Shown here: positions 19,939-29,948 of the stretch, in pieces
Numbering within the stretch: position 1 is the stretch's first letter
Layout: each line of letters starts with the position of its first letter
Virus record (IMG/VR): IMGVR_UViG_3300047157_000105
Location: 1 to 64,000 of that record
Reading direction: 5' to 3' (one strand)
From: a virus
DNA: 64,000 nucleotides
Notes under the pieces: generated by a model
Told to the model about the DNA's origin: nothing
Databases searched by the model: none
Seen by the model: the letters and a program-made list of their open reading frames with translations, nothing else
Translations under genes and position numbers: made by a program

Positions 19939-21048
19939 TTAATCCCTCTGGATTATATCTACATTAGCTGATGCACCATTAACTGTCATTGTAATAACAT
20001 CACCAGAACCACCAGTTTGTAAGATAACATAATCTGCAGATGCACCATCATGTGTTAATGATAATGTACTTGCGTTATCTTGGTCAATATCAGCTACAAA
20101 GGTTGCACCATCTACATCCATGTTGACTGTACCTGTGCTTGTTTGTTCTATACTGATATTAGCACTTGCTCCGTTTGCATCTAAGTTAATAGTACCTGTG
20201 CTTGTCTGGTCAATATCAAATGTACCACCAGCACCGTTTAAACCATCCGAAGTTTGTCCAAGAATAGTTCCATCAGTATTAAATGTTGCATGACCTGTCT
20301 GATTAATATTAACTGTCTTCACAGCGCTTGCCGTACTTCCAGTGGTTGTCATTGTTACTGTACCACCCGCTGTTTGAGTAATATCAATGTTTTGTGAATC
20401 ACCTGTTGTAGTTACAGTTGCTGAGTTATCATATACACCTGATTGAACAACATCAACATCAGCAGTGATACCAGTTTGAGTCATAATTAAAGTATGACCT
20501 GCAACATCTCCATTACCATCAATATCGATTAGATAGTTATTTGAATCACCATTAATTGTTAATCTTAATATTGCACTTGCACCATCGATAGTAGCTGCAA
20601 CAACAGTACTGTCCGTACCTGATGCACCAACAATATCAATATCGGCATTATCACCCGAAGTAGAACCACCAACATCAATGTCAATATCTTGTGAGTTACC
20701 CGTAAAAGTAATTACAGCATTGACATCATCACAACCACTTGTGCTATCTGCTGGGTCACAATTGAAATCAATATTGTTACTATTACCTGTAGTACTCCAT
20801 GTACCAACAAAGTTATCACCGTTTATATCAAAGGTGATTATATTACTATTACCAACCTGGTCAATATTAAAGTTTGTTGCAGAGCCAGACACGGTGGATG
20901 CTGTAGTTGAATTACCTACCATATTACCATCACCATCCTGGAGTACATCAAAAACTAATGAAGCACCAGCCTGTGTTACATAAATCTTATTTGTTGCCAT
21001 TGCTGGCAAACTCATCAAAGCCATAATAAAGAATGTCAGTAATTTCAT
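19939..21048 (-). CDS. curlin-like repeat protein (CsgA/CsgB-like beta-solenoid)
   Basis: Signal peptide then NKIYVTQAG and many x-I-D/N-Q-x-G-x-x-N repeats; D/T/G/N-rich. Confidence 0.7.
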   Translation of the reverse strand: MKLLTFFIMALMSLPAMATNKIYVTQAGASLVFDVLQDGDGNMVGNSTTASTVSGSATNFNIDQVGNSNIITFDINGDNFVGTWSTTGNSNNIDFNCDPADSTSGCDDVNAVITFTGNSQDIDIDVGGSTSGDNADIDIVGASGTDSTVVAATIDGASAILRLTINGDSNNYLIDIDGNGDVAGHTLIMTQTGITADVDVVQSGVYDNSATVTTTGDSQNIDITQTAGGTVTMTTTGSTASAVKTVNINQTGHATFNTDGTILGQTSDGLNGAGGTFDIDQTSTGTINLDANGASANISIEQTSTGTVNMDVDGATFVADIDQDNASTLSLTHDGASADYVILQTGGSGDVITMTVNGASANVDIIQRD

Positions 21049-21051
21049 TAA

Positions 21052-21958
21052 CTACTCTCCTTCTTTTGCCTCAATTGGATGTTTCGCCCAATCATCAAGT
21101 GGTATATCAGAATATACAGCATCTTTGTCTACCCGTTCTGCTATAACGGGTTCTGCCCATTCCCATAAACCACACTCTCTTCCTTCATATAACATTTGCA
21201 ATACTGCAAATTCAATAGCTGTACGAATCGCATAATTCACCGGTTCGTTAGCTGCATTGCCAGATTCTATCTCCAATGCTCTTGTTCCTAAATCTAAAAA
21301 TCTAAATACATCTGCACCATTGCTGGTGCTTGCGATTGTTTTAGTAGACGACACAGTCAATAGGATTTCTCCTGTCTGAACTGAAACAAGTCTTAATGAA
21401 ACAGTTACTTGATCAGTTCTATATTGATCGTTAGCTCCTAAACCAAGGAACCTTGCTCCTGCTCCTCCACTTGTAGTGTTCGTATCATACCCTACAATTG
21501 CCACCTTCTAATATTAAGCCAGCAAATAACATAGGTGCCAAAGCATCTGTGCTTTGAGCACCATCATATAGTTCTCTTGTACTTCTAATTAATTGTCTTT
21601 CTTTGACTAAGTTATCTAAACTTGCCCTTTCAACAACTGAGAACCAATCACCTTCACCAACTGCCATGAGTGATTGTATAACCCATACATCAGCTCCCTG
21701 AGAAACTGCTGTCGATAATCCTACCTGCTTTCTCTGTCCTGTCTCATCAGGGAAAGCATATACTGCCACGGTAATTTTTACTGGATTTCCATTTCCATCC
21801 GTGGGTGTATTTATCAAATCTGGCATATCTTTTAGCAATTCTTTTGTAGGTGTGCCCTGAACAAAAGGCATTTCTCCTTCTATTGCTTTGGTGTTCTGTA
21901 CCGAACAACCAGCCATAATACAACTTAAAAATGCTATCGCCAAATATTCCATATTCAT
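21052..21958 (-). CDS. csgG: curli secretion channel CsgG (single-base frameshift near 21497)
   Basis: MAG-C lipobox; VAVYAFPDETGQRK, STAVSQGA, WFSVVER..LDNL.KERQLIRS, EGG|IVGYDTN..SGG.GARFLG.G...YR.DQVTVSLRLVSV.TGEIL. Confidence 0.92.
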
Positions 21959-21962
21959 AATT

Positions 21963-22448
21963 TTAAAATTTAAAGTCTCCAACTGGTACAACTAATTCTG
22001 TTAATGAACCATCAGCTGCTGTAACAGTTAACGTAATTGTTTCTGCTGTCTCGTCTTTTACCCATGCCACTGTTGAGCCATCAGGTAAAGTTGCTGTACC
22101 ACTTAATGGGCACTCTAATTCTGTCGTATCTAAATCTTCGGTGCAATTAGTACCGAACATATTATCAACCATTTGTTTGGATAAGTTTGCGAATATACGA
22201 CTTTCTACGTTCGTTACAAACTTTGCAAGGGTGGTATTCTTAGCATCTCTCTCAGCTTTAGCAGCTGCAGATAATAAGTCATCCTTTACAGATTCTTTTC
22301 TATTGTATTCTAGCTGAGATATTGAAAGTACATGACTAGAATATCCTTCTCCACTAAAAGCCGGATTACTAAAATCAAACGTTAAATTACTCGCTTGACT
22401 TATTGTCGTCAGTGTTAGTAGTGTCAGTAAAAGTTTTAATTTCACCAT
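21963..22448 (-). CDS. csgF: curli assembly component CsgF
   Basis: Signal peptide then LTFDFSNPAFSG (NPxFxG motif); C-terminal ITLTVTAADGSLTELVVP. Confidence 0.85.
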   Translation of the reverse strand: MVKLKLLLTLLTLTTISQASNLTFDFSNPAFSGEGYSSHVLSISQLEYNRKESVKDDLLSAAAKAERDAKNTTLAKFVTNVESRIFANLSKQMVDNMFGTNCTEDLDTTELECPLSGTATLPDGSTVAWVKDETAETITLTVTAADGSLTELVVPVGDFKF

Positions 22449-22704
22449 GTCTTTCTCTCTCCTGTAATATCATATCTAATTTAGCGTTTAATCTAATTAA
22501 ATCATTATCCAACATTCTTACTCTATCGATTAATGCAATTAAAGTCATATGGCTATCGCCTATAACTGGATCTACCTTTGTAGAAACCCATGTCCATATG
22601 AAGTATATAAAGTAACCCATTGCCAAAGCGGCAATAATAGGAAAACCGTAATCACTAACTAATTGTCCTATCGTTGTTTGTTGCTCTACTACTACTTCTT
22701 CCAT
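22387..22704 (-). CDS. single-TM coiled-coil membrane protein (YvrJ/BhlA-like)
   Basis: LVSDYGFPII..AMGYFIYFIW then heptad region. Confidence 0.55.
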   Translation of the reverse strand: MEEVVVEQQTTIGQLVSDYGFPIIAALAMGYFIYFIWTWVSTKVDPVIGDSHMTLIALIDRVRMLDNDLIRLNAKLDMILQERERHGEIKTFTDTTNTDDNKSSE

Positions 22705-22985
22705 TAGTCTCTCCTCGCATCAGTCTTACCGTCTGCTCTTGCGATTCGATCCGTATCAGGTCTTATACCAAATGCCTGACACATCTTTACATCAATACGT
22801 ATTAATTCACTATTCATAGTCTTTACTCTATTGTCTAATGCTTGTGCAAACATTCTTTGTTGCTTAATGTCTGATTCAACTCCTTCTAATATAAAACTTA
22901 ACGTTAAATATACGAAATAACCTGCTGCTCCTGCACCTACAATAGGAAACCCTACCTCAGTTACTAAATCTAATATGCCTTCCAA
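22704..22985 (-). CDS. single-TM coiled-coil membrane protein, paralog of neighbour
   Basis: AGGAGAG RBS, TTG start; LVTEVGFPIVG..AAGYFVYL. Confidence 0.55.
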   Translation of the reverse strand: MEGILDLVTEVGFPIVGAGAAGYFVYLTLSFILEGVESDIKQQRMFAQALDNRVKTMNSELIRIDVKMCQAFGIRPDTDRIARADGKTDARRD

Positions 22986-23012
22986 ATCACTCTCCTAATC
23001 TATTCATTACTA

Positions 23013-23334
<322 letters not shown>

Positions 23335-23342
23335 GAGATACC

Positions 23343-23495
23343 GTGGAAGAAGATCCAGTTAAAACATATCCGGCCAAAGATCCAGAAGATATTAAAGAAG
23401 TAAAAAAGAAAGATAAAGAACGACATCCGCCATTAGGTGCAATGTCGCCATTTGATGATGGACCATGGCCAGATAAAGGAGAAAACCATGTTTGA
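23343..23495 (+). CDS. small hypothetical protein
   Basis: AGGAG RBS, GTG start, 50 aa. Confidence 0.45.
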   Translation: MEEDPVKTYPAKDPEDIKEVKKKDKERHPPLGAMSPFDDGPWPDKGENHV

Positions 23496-23760
23496 AGATA
23501 GACTATGGATTTATACAAGTATTGCAGGTGCATTATTAGGTGCAGCTTTTTTAGCCTATATTAAAGACACACGTATTGGTTTGTGGGCTTATGGTAAGAT
23601 TGATGACACAGTAGATTATTTTAGAGACAAGTATGGTTGGACTTGGTTAAACCAAGATGAAGATGCTTGGAAGAAAGTCAATCCAAAGATTGCTGCAAAG
23701 ATCGAGCAATTAGAAATGCGCATTGATGATTTAGAAACAGAAATAGAGGAGAAACTATAA
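23488..23760 (+). CDS. N-terminal TM protein with coiled-coil tail
   Basis: AAGGAG RBS before MFEDRLWIY; TM IAGALLGAAFLAY. Confidence 0.6.
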   Translation: MFEDRLWIYTSIAGALLGAAFLAYIKDTRIGLWAYGKIDDTVDYFRDKYGWTWLNQDEDAWKKVNPKIAAKIEQLEMRIDDLETEIEEKL

Positions 23761-23891
23761 TGGGAAGTAATTTAGGATTAATAGCTTTCGGGCTTATCGC
23801 GTTATTTGCTACATCATTTATTAAAATTGCAGCGATCGCTGCATTAGGTTGGGGTGCTTATAAAGCCTATAGAGATTGGGGAGCAATGTAA
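23760..23891 (+). CDS. small hydrophobic protein
   Basis: 43 aa MGSNLGLIAFGLIALF..., TAATG coupled on both sides. Confidence 0.55.
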   Translation: MGSNLGLIAFGLIALFATSFIKIAAIAALGWGAYKAYRDWGAM

Positions 23892-24643
23892 TGTCAATAC
23901 GTGAAATGAATTTAAAGGAGAAGAGTCTCCTTTTTGCTAAACTTGCAGCTGATGCATATGGTGATAAACCGGATGTTGTAAAGCTTGCAAAGAAACATGG
24001 TTTTACTAAAACAAAATTTTATGATATAGGTGGAGCTCAAGCATATAGGTTTGAGTCAAAGACTGATGTTGTAGTTGCTTGTCGTGGTACAGAGCCTACA
24101 GAATTTAATGATCTCAAGGCAGATCTCAAAGCATTTCCAGTCAAATCAGAAACAGTAAGTAGAGTACATCGTGGCTTTAAGAATGAAGTTGATGAACTCT
24201 GGCCTGAGGTATCTGTTGATATAATCAATGTAAAGAAACCTTTATGGTTTTGTGGACATAGTTTAGGTGCTGCAATGGCAACTATTATGGCTAGTCGATG
24301 TGCATTGAATTATGATTTTCCAGAAGTTGAATGCTTATTTACATACGGTTCACCTAGTGTTGGTTGGCCTACATATGTTAAATCACTGTTAATATGTCAT
24401 TATAGATGGCAGAATAATAATGATATAGTTACAAGAGTGCCTTTGAGACTTATGAACTATAAGCATGATGGTACGCTAATGTATATTGGACATGATGGAA
24501 CAGTTCATGAAAAGAAAATGGGTGTATGGGCTAAGTTCTCAGATCGCATGAAAGGTATGTGGGGTGGACTAAAATCATTCAAAGTTGATAACTTTTCTGA
24601 CCATGCCATGACAGAGTACATTAAACACATTGAAAATTGGTAG
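23891..24643 (+). CDS. class 3 lipase
   Basis: VACRGT, VHRGF, GHSLGAA nucleophile motif, TYGSP, DIVTRVP, DH. Confidence 0.88.
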   Translation: MSIREMNLKEKSLLFAKLAADAYGDKPDVVKLAKKHGFTKTKFYDIGGAQAYRFESKTDVVVACRGTEPTEFNDLKADLKAFPVKSETVSRVHRGFKNEVDELWPEVSVDIINVKKPLWFCGHSLGAAMATIMASRCALNYDFPEVECLFTYGSPSVGWPTYVKSLLICHYRWQNNNDIVTRVPLRLMNYKHDGTLMYIGHDGTVHEKKMGVWAKFSDRMKGMWGGLKSFKVDNFSDHAMTEYIKHIENW

Positions 24644-24646
24644 TTG

Positions 24647-24654
24647 TATAAATA
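24647..24654 (+). promoter_or_regulatory. late promoter TATAAATA
   Basis: Exact consensus, intergenic. Confidence 0.7.
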
Positions 24655-24684
24655 CATTCATAGGAAATTAATTTCGGGAATAGA

Positions 24685-25029
24685 ATGACAACAGAAACAA
24701 AACTTCTCGAAATCGAGAATAAATTAGAGAGCATGCATGCTGCTTTAGAACGTCAGGAAAAAGAATTAGACTCTTGGCGAGAGCGAAGTGTAAGAGTTCC
24801 TAACTGGATTAGGAATAGTGGAATTGCATTGTTTCTAGCCATATTCGGTCAAACAATGACTGCAGTATGGTGGGCATCAGAGATCACGAATACTCAATCG
24901 AATATTCTTGCAGATGTCAAAGTAAACACTGAATACCGAATGCAAAGTGCAGAAAGGTACAATGACATTATGATAGAAATTACGAAACTCCAAGTGATGA
25001 TGGAGTCATTAATTAACAACAAGGAATAA
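24685..25029 (+). CDS. coiled-coil/TM hypothetical protein
   Basis: 114 aa with central hydrophobic segment. Confidence 0.55.
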   Translation: MTTETKLLEIENKLESMHAALERQEKELDSWRERSVRVPNWIRNSGIALFLAIFGQTMTAVWWASEITNTQSNILADVKVNTEYRMQSAERYNDIMIEITKLQVMMESLINNKE

Positions 25030-25031
25030 AT

Positions 25032-27014
25032 ATGAAAACCCTCAAACAAATTAGAGAAGCAAAATCGGGAGGCAAAGAAGCCTACCAAAAATTCTTCAAT
25101 TCTCTTCTTAAAAAATTTGGAGTAAAATCGCCTGCTGAGTTAGACGATGCTAAGAAAAAAGAATTTTATGATGCTATCGATAAAGGTTGGAAAGGAGATA
25201 ACGAAAAGCCTGAGAAAAATGAAAGGTATGACGATCCTGATAATTTAGATCCTGAGACTACTGTTGATTCGGATGAAGATATGGCTGATAAAGCTGCATC
25301 ACAAATCAATGCTTCATATGGTAAAATGAATGCTTCTAAGAAGAAGAAAATGAATGCTGCATATCATAAAGAATCAGTTAAAGAAGCAAAGAAGCTTAAG
25401 CCTGGTAAAGGTAAAGCTGAATTAGATATCAATTGGGATGGAGATCGCAGTGATATTAAATTTGCTACAACAAAATATAAAATTAAAATGAAGCCACATA
25501 GTGATGGTGCTATCATTTCAGGTGATAAAGCAAAACTATTAGCTTACTTACAAGGGCAAGATTATGCTATGGATCCAGAGGATATTGAAGATTTATATCC
25601 TGAGTTGATGGAGAGTAGCAGCTACCCAAAGCCTTTAAGCATTATTCGTCAAGTTAAGGAATTCTCGGGTGATGCTGAAACAGTAAGAAGAAAAAGAAGA
25701 CGTTTTGAAGCTGACGAAGAAGAAGCCCACAAAATGAACGAGAAAATGGTTATGTGTGAGCATTGCGGTAAAATGCATGAAGAAGGTGCTTGCGGTGACA
25801 TGAACGAATCTGAGATTCATTTAGATGCGAAGTCTGATAAATTTAAAAAAATTAAAAAATCACAATGGGCTGCAATTAAGAAAAAATATAATGTAACAAT
25901 TGATTCTGATAGTACTGGTAGTTGGGCTGGTGGTAAGCCAGCAGATCTTCATAAATTTGCTATGGCTATGGGAATGTCCAAGGATGACATTAAAAAAACC
26001 TACAATCACATTACTCCCGATTACAAAGGTGCTAGCAGTGTAAAGAATAGACAGCGTGAAGAAGTTGAAGAAGCAATGTCAATGAAAAGCATTGGTCTTA
26101 AAGGTGCAAGTAAGAGATCACGTGAAACAGGCCGTAAAGCAAAAGAAGGGCCAGCTTTGAGAGGTGCTAAATTAGGTAAATCACAACCTGTCTTAAACCG
26201 TTCTCAAGAGAATGAAATCCATAAGATTGCTAACAAGCATTCTGGCAACATGGAAAAAGCCATGAAAGAAATTGAGAAGATGAGAGTATGGAAAGGTAAA
26301 GGCATTCAAGACCATCCATATGTAATGGACGTTCTTAAAAAAGCTAATGAATCTGTTAACGAAGCAATGTCTAAAGGCCAAATGGCTCACGATAAAGACT
26401 TTATGCATAAGAAGCTTAAAGGTAATAATGACAAATCAATGAAGATTACTACTGCAAAAGCTTTGAAAATTAAAGTTGATGGTAATACATTAGTGATGAC
26501 TCCTAAACAAGATAAATTAATGCAAAAGCATAAGGTTACTATACGTAATGATAGCGATGGTGACATATCAGTTTGGGGTAAAGGTAATGATGTCTATAAC
26601 TTTATGGCTGCTATGGGTCAAAAAGTAGAAGAAGTCGAAGAGAAAGTTGATGTAGATGGTCGTTTAATTGGATTTAAATCTGCACAGCGTAGATCTGAAG
26701 GCGAGAAGCAAAAAGGTAAGGTCATTGTAGATAGACGTACTAAAGGTTATAAAGAAGCTAAACTACGTAGTGAAAAAGCTAAGGCTAAAAGAGAAGCAAA
26801 GAAAAAAGAAAGAGAGTTTGCTGAAAAATATCCTAGTATAGACTATGCTTATGGTGATGATGCTGAATTAAGAAAGACTATGGAAGCCGCAAGTAAAGTT
26901 CTAATGGGTGAAACTGCAGCGAATGCAGTAGCTCATGGTGGTGTTGATATGGCCCCTAATGCAGGAAAGAAAAAGAAAGATAAAGAAAAGTTAATGGCCA
27001 AAAGAGGTTACTAA
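25032..27014 (+). CDS. putative internal head (poly)protein
   Basis: 660 aa, K/E-rich, MKTLKQIRE N-terminus, repeated (V/M)xE-(A/S) sites, CxxC..H...C motif. Confidence 0.5.
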   Translation: MKTLKQIREAKSGGKEAYQKFFNSLLKKFGVKSPAELDDAKKKEFYDAIDKGWKGDNEKPEKNERYDDPDNLDPETTVDSDEDMADKAASQINASYGKMNASKKKKMNAAYHKESVKEAKKLKPGKGKAELDINWDGDRSDIKFATTKYKIKMKPHSDGAIISGDKAKLLAYLQGQDYAMDPEDIEDLYPELMESSSYPKPLSIIRQVKEFSGDAETVRRKRRRFEADEEEAHKMNEKMVMCEHCGKMHEEGACGDMNESEIHLDAKSDKFKKIKKSQWAAIKKKYNVTIDSDSTGSWAGGKPADLHKFAMAMGMSKDDIKKTYNHITPDYKGASSVKNRQREEVEEAMSMKSIGLKGASKRSRETGRKAKEGPALRGAKLGKSQPVLNRSQENEIHKIANKHSGNMEKAMKEIEKMRVWKGKGIQDHPYVMDVLKKANESVNEAMSKGQMAHDKDFMHKKLKGNNDKSMKITTAKALKIKVDGNTLVMTPKQDKLMQKHKVTIRNDSDGDISVWGKGNDVYNFMAAMGQKVEEVEEKVDVDGRLIGFKSAQRRSEGEKQKGKVIVDRRTKGYKEAKLRSEKAKAKREAKKKEREFAEKYPSIDYAYGDDAELRKTMEAASKVLMGETAANAVAHGGVDMAPNAGKKKKDKEKLMAKRGY

Positions 27015-27454
27015 TGAAAAGTTTTAAGATGTTTGAGAGTGATGCATATCATTCCGGATTATCTAAATCTAGTAAAGCAAAAAGGCAAGCTCAATTTAAA
27101 AAGCAAGCTGCTATGGATGATGATGATCCGAATGCATATAAGCCAGCCGTAGGAGATAAGACTGCGAAGACCCGTATGTCTACACATACATCAAAGATGC
27201 GTAAAATGTATCCTGATGTATATGAAGCAAGTAAGTCTGATAAGTCATTAGCAAAGAAAGCTAAAGCTTCTGGTATGCCTCTCGGTATCTTAAGACAAGT
27301 CTATAATCGTGGTGTAGCTGCATGGAAGACTGGACACAGACCAGGAACAACACCTGAACAGTGGGGCCACGCAAGAGTAAACTCATTTGTAACTAAATCA
27401 TCTGGCACTTGGGGTAAGGCCGATAAAGATTTAGCTGATAAAGTAAGAGGTTAA
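27014..27454 (+). CDS. conserved basic phage protein (DUF5824-like)
   Basis: LRQVYNRGVAAWKTGHRPGTTPEQWGHARVNSF. Confidence 0.65.
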   Translation: MKSFKMFESDAYHSGLSKSSKAKRQAQFKKQAAMDDDDPNAYKPAVGDKTAKTRMSTHTSKMRKMYPDVYEASKSDKSLAKKAKASGMPLGILRQVYNRGVAAWKTGHRPGTTPEQWGHARVNSFVTKSSGTWGKADKDLADKVRG

Positions 27455-27455
27455 T

Positions 27456-27749
27456 ATGAAATCATTTAAAGCATTTGAAAATAAAGATGAGTTCTCGCCT
27501 CATATGATGTATGATCCTGAAACAAAGAAGGGTTATAAAGCAAAGACATATGACGATCATGTGAGAATGAAGAAGCTAGGTTATGTACATGATTTAGATG
27601 AGTTAGGTCCAGCTGCAATGAAGAGACGTAAAAGAATGCAGGATCGTTTACAAAAGACTATGAAAAAATATGGCGATGCTGCTAAGATGGGTATCGACGC
27701 GAAAGATGTGAATCAAAGACGGAATGCTCCAACTAGGAAGAAAACTTAA
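27456..27749 (+). CDS. hypothetical, probable internal head protein
   Basis: MKSFKAFE N-terminus; PHMMYDP.T.KGYKA motif. Confidence 0.5.
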   Translation: MKSFKAFENKDEFSPHMMYDPETKKGYKAKTYDDHVRMKKLGYVHDLDELGPAAMKRRKRMQDRLQKTMKKYGDAAKMGIDAKDVNQRRNAPTRKKT

Positions 27750-29154
27750 GCAAGGCCTTTTTGTAATTATGGCGACACTAACATTACCTTCAGCTCACTC
27801 GATGAATACGGTATATCCTATTAATATACCAACTCCAACATCCTCTGAATATTACACTAAAACAATAAATTTAAAAGAATCTGCTGGCTCGTATTTAGCC
27901 GAAGCAACAATGTTGGTGTATGATGAAATATTAAGATACCAAAGAGGAGTTGAATTTACACATGGATTAGATGAAGATCAATTGGCAAAGTTTGATTATG
28001 ACGCATTTGAAGCCAATGTTAAATGGTTTATGGATGAAATAGTTGGTATAGAATCAGAATGGAAAAAAGATGCATTGAATCCTGAAAGTGGTGCATATGG
28101 TTATGTACAATTTTTAAATCAAGCTTCTGTTCAAACCGCAGTTAATCGTTACAGATACCATATAGAAAAATTTAATACACGTCGTAGTGGTGCTGGATAT
28201 ACTCGAACACAAGCTGTTAATGAATGGTTTCCTCCAATAAAAACTGACACATATGATTTATACATATCAGATATACCAGATGTTAAAGCTTTACCAGCAA
28301 CAAACTTTAGCATGTCACCTGACTTGGCAGTTGGGGAAGTTGGACTAACAGGTGCACGTAGGCTATCCACATCGATACATAAGGGTATAGAAACTGAAAA
28401 ATTTTACGAGTACAGTTTTGTAAAAGATTCAACAGGAATAACTGCTTCCTGGACAATGAGTAATATAACATATGGTACTTCACCGGGTTCTTTTGAAGCT
28501 GAAGAATATTTTTTCTTTGGAATACATATGACCGATCATCAAGCAGGTCAAATTCAATATGCTTATGACAATGAGAACTGGGATGATTTTGAAAAACTTG
28601 GGTTTGTATATAGTTTTTTTGATCCATCTAGTGATTATACTGCAGATGACAGATGGGAAGGTTCTAATTATGATGATAGTTTAGTAAAGTTAGTTGATGG
28701 AAAATGGACATATCCTGCATATACAAAATCAATTTCTGTTGAAGCTTCAGGAATACTTCCTGCAGAAACTGAAATAGTTTCATTTCCAGCAAAACCTCTT
28801 TTAACTGCATCAACTAATAGAGATTGGAATCCACGTGGCTATAGTGATGGCTCAAGAATGGAATATCCAGATTGGTTGATTACACTTGAAAGAAAGGTTA
28901 ATAATAGTTTACTTGGTACAGTTATGGATCCAGGAAATTATGACCATGAAAGAGATTTAGCTGTGTTAAACTATGATGAAATGGTAGCATTAGCATTTGT
29001 TCATATGCATAGTAAAGATTCTAAAGATTATAACTTTGTACAGTTAGCAAAAGGTGATGTTGCAGCCGCAAAAGAGATATATTCAAAAAACCACCACACA
29101 AATATTGATGCTAAAACACTAGCACGTATGGAATTATTCTTCCAAATTCATTAA
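27724..29154 (+). CDS. protein with lysozyme/SLT-like motif
   Basis: GIESEW...NPESGAYGYVQF resembles the SLT ES...GA.G..Q motif. Confidence 0.45.
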   Translation: MLQLGRKLKQGLFVIMATLTLPSAHSMNTVYPINIPTPTSSEYYTKTINLKESAGSYLAEATMLVYDEILRYQRGVEFTHGLDEDQLAKFDYDAFEANVKWFMDEIVGIESEWKKDALNPESGAYGYVQFLNQASVQTAVNRYRYHIEKFNTRRSGAGYTRTQAVNEWFPPIKTDTYDLYISDIPDVKALPATNFSMSPDLAVGEVGLTGARRLSTSIHKGIETEKFYEYSFVKDSTGITASWTMSNITYGTSPGSFEAEEYFFFGIHMTDHQAGQIQYAYDNENWDDFEKLGFVYSFFDPSSDYTADDRWEGSNYDDSLVKLVDGKWTYPAYTKSISVEASGILPAETEIVSFPAKPLLTASTNRDWNPRGYSDGSRMEYPDWLITLERKVNNSLLGTVMDPGNYDHERDLAVLNYDEMVALAFVHMHSKDSKDYNFVQLAKGDVAAAKEIYSKNHHTNIDAKTLARMELFFQIH

Positions 29155-29170
29155 AGGAAGTCTTGTTTTA

Positions 29171-29178
29171 TATAAATA
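29171..29178 (+). promoter_or_regulatory. late promoter TATAAATA
   Basis: Upstream of gp13. Confidence 0.75.
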
Positions 29179-29201
29179 AGTCTATATAACAAGGAAACAT
29201 C

Positions 29202-29945
29202 ATGGCAAAACCTAATTCAAGATCGACATTACAAGATTATTGCTTAAGAAATTTAGGCGCACCTGTAATTGAAATCAATGTAGATGAAGATCAACTAGAA
29301 GATCGTACTGACGACGCGTTACAATTCTATCAGGAATATCATTCTGATGGTGTAATTCGTGAATATTTAAAACATGAGCTTACTTCAACTGATATAACTA
29401 ATAATTATATTACTGTAGCTGATAGTGTAACCAATGTTGTACGCATGTTGAAGATTACTGGTACTTCTGGTTCTTCATTATTTGACATGGGTTACCATAT
29501 GCGTGTAAATGATATCTTCATGTTGCAAGGTTTAGGCACGCAAATGCAGGAATATACTCAATCGCAACAAAAATTATCTTTGATTGACCATAGATTAAAC
29601 AGCGAAGAGCATATAAGATTTAGTAGACACATGAATAGAGTTCACATGGACGAAGGCTTTGGTGATTTGGGTGCTGGAGATTTTATTGTATTAGAGGTAT
29701 TTAGTATTATAAATCCAGCAACATATGTCGACGTTTTTAATGACTTGTATTTAAAGAAATATCTTACTGCGTTAATTAAACGCCAATGGGGTGCAAACTT
29801 AATGAAGTTTCAAGACTTTCAGCTTCCTGGTGGTATAACAATGAATGGACGTCAAATCTATGAAGATGCTATCGAAGAAATTCAAGGATTAGAAGAAGAA
29901 TGTAGGTTGATTTGGGCTATGCCAGACAACTTTTTAATGGGATAA
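29202..29945 (+). CDS. gp13: neck protein
   Basis: YCLRNLGAPVIEINVD, KRQWGANL.KF...LPGG. Confidence 0.92.
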   Translation: MAKPNSRSTLQDYCLRNLGAPVIEINVDEDQLEDRTDDALQFYQEYHSDGVIREYLKHELTSTDITNNYITVADSVTNVVRMLKITGTSGSSLFDMGYHMRVNDIFMLQGLGTQMQEYTQSQQKLSLIDHRLNSEEHIRFSRHMNRVHMDEGFGDLGAGDFIVLEVFSIINPATYVDVFNDLYLKKYLTALIKRQWGANLMKFQDFQLPGGITMNGRQIYEDAIEEIQGLEEECRLIWAMPDNFLMG

Positions 29946-29948
29946 TAA

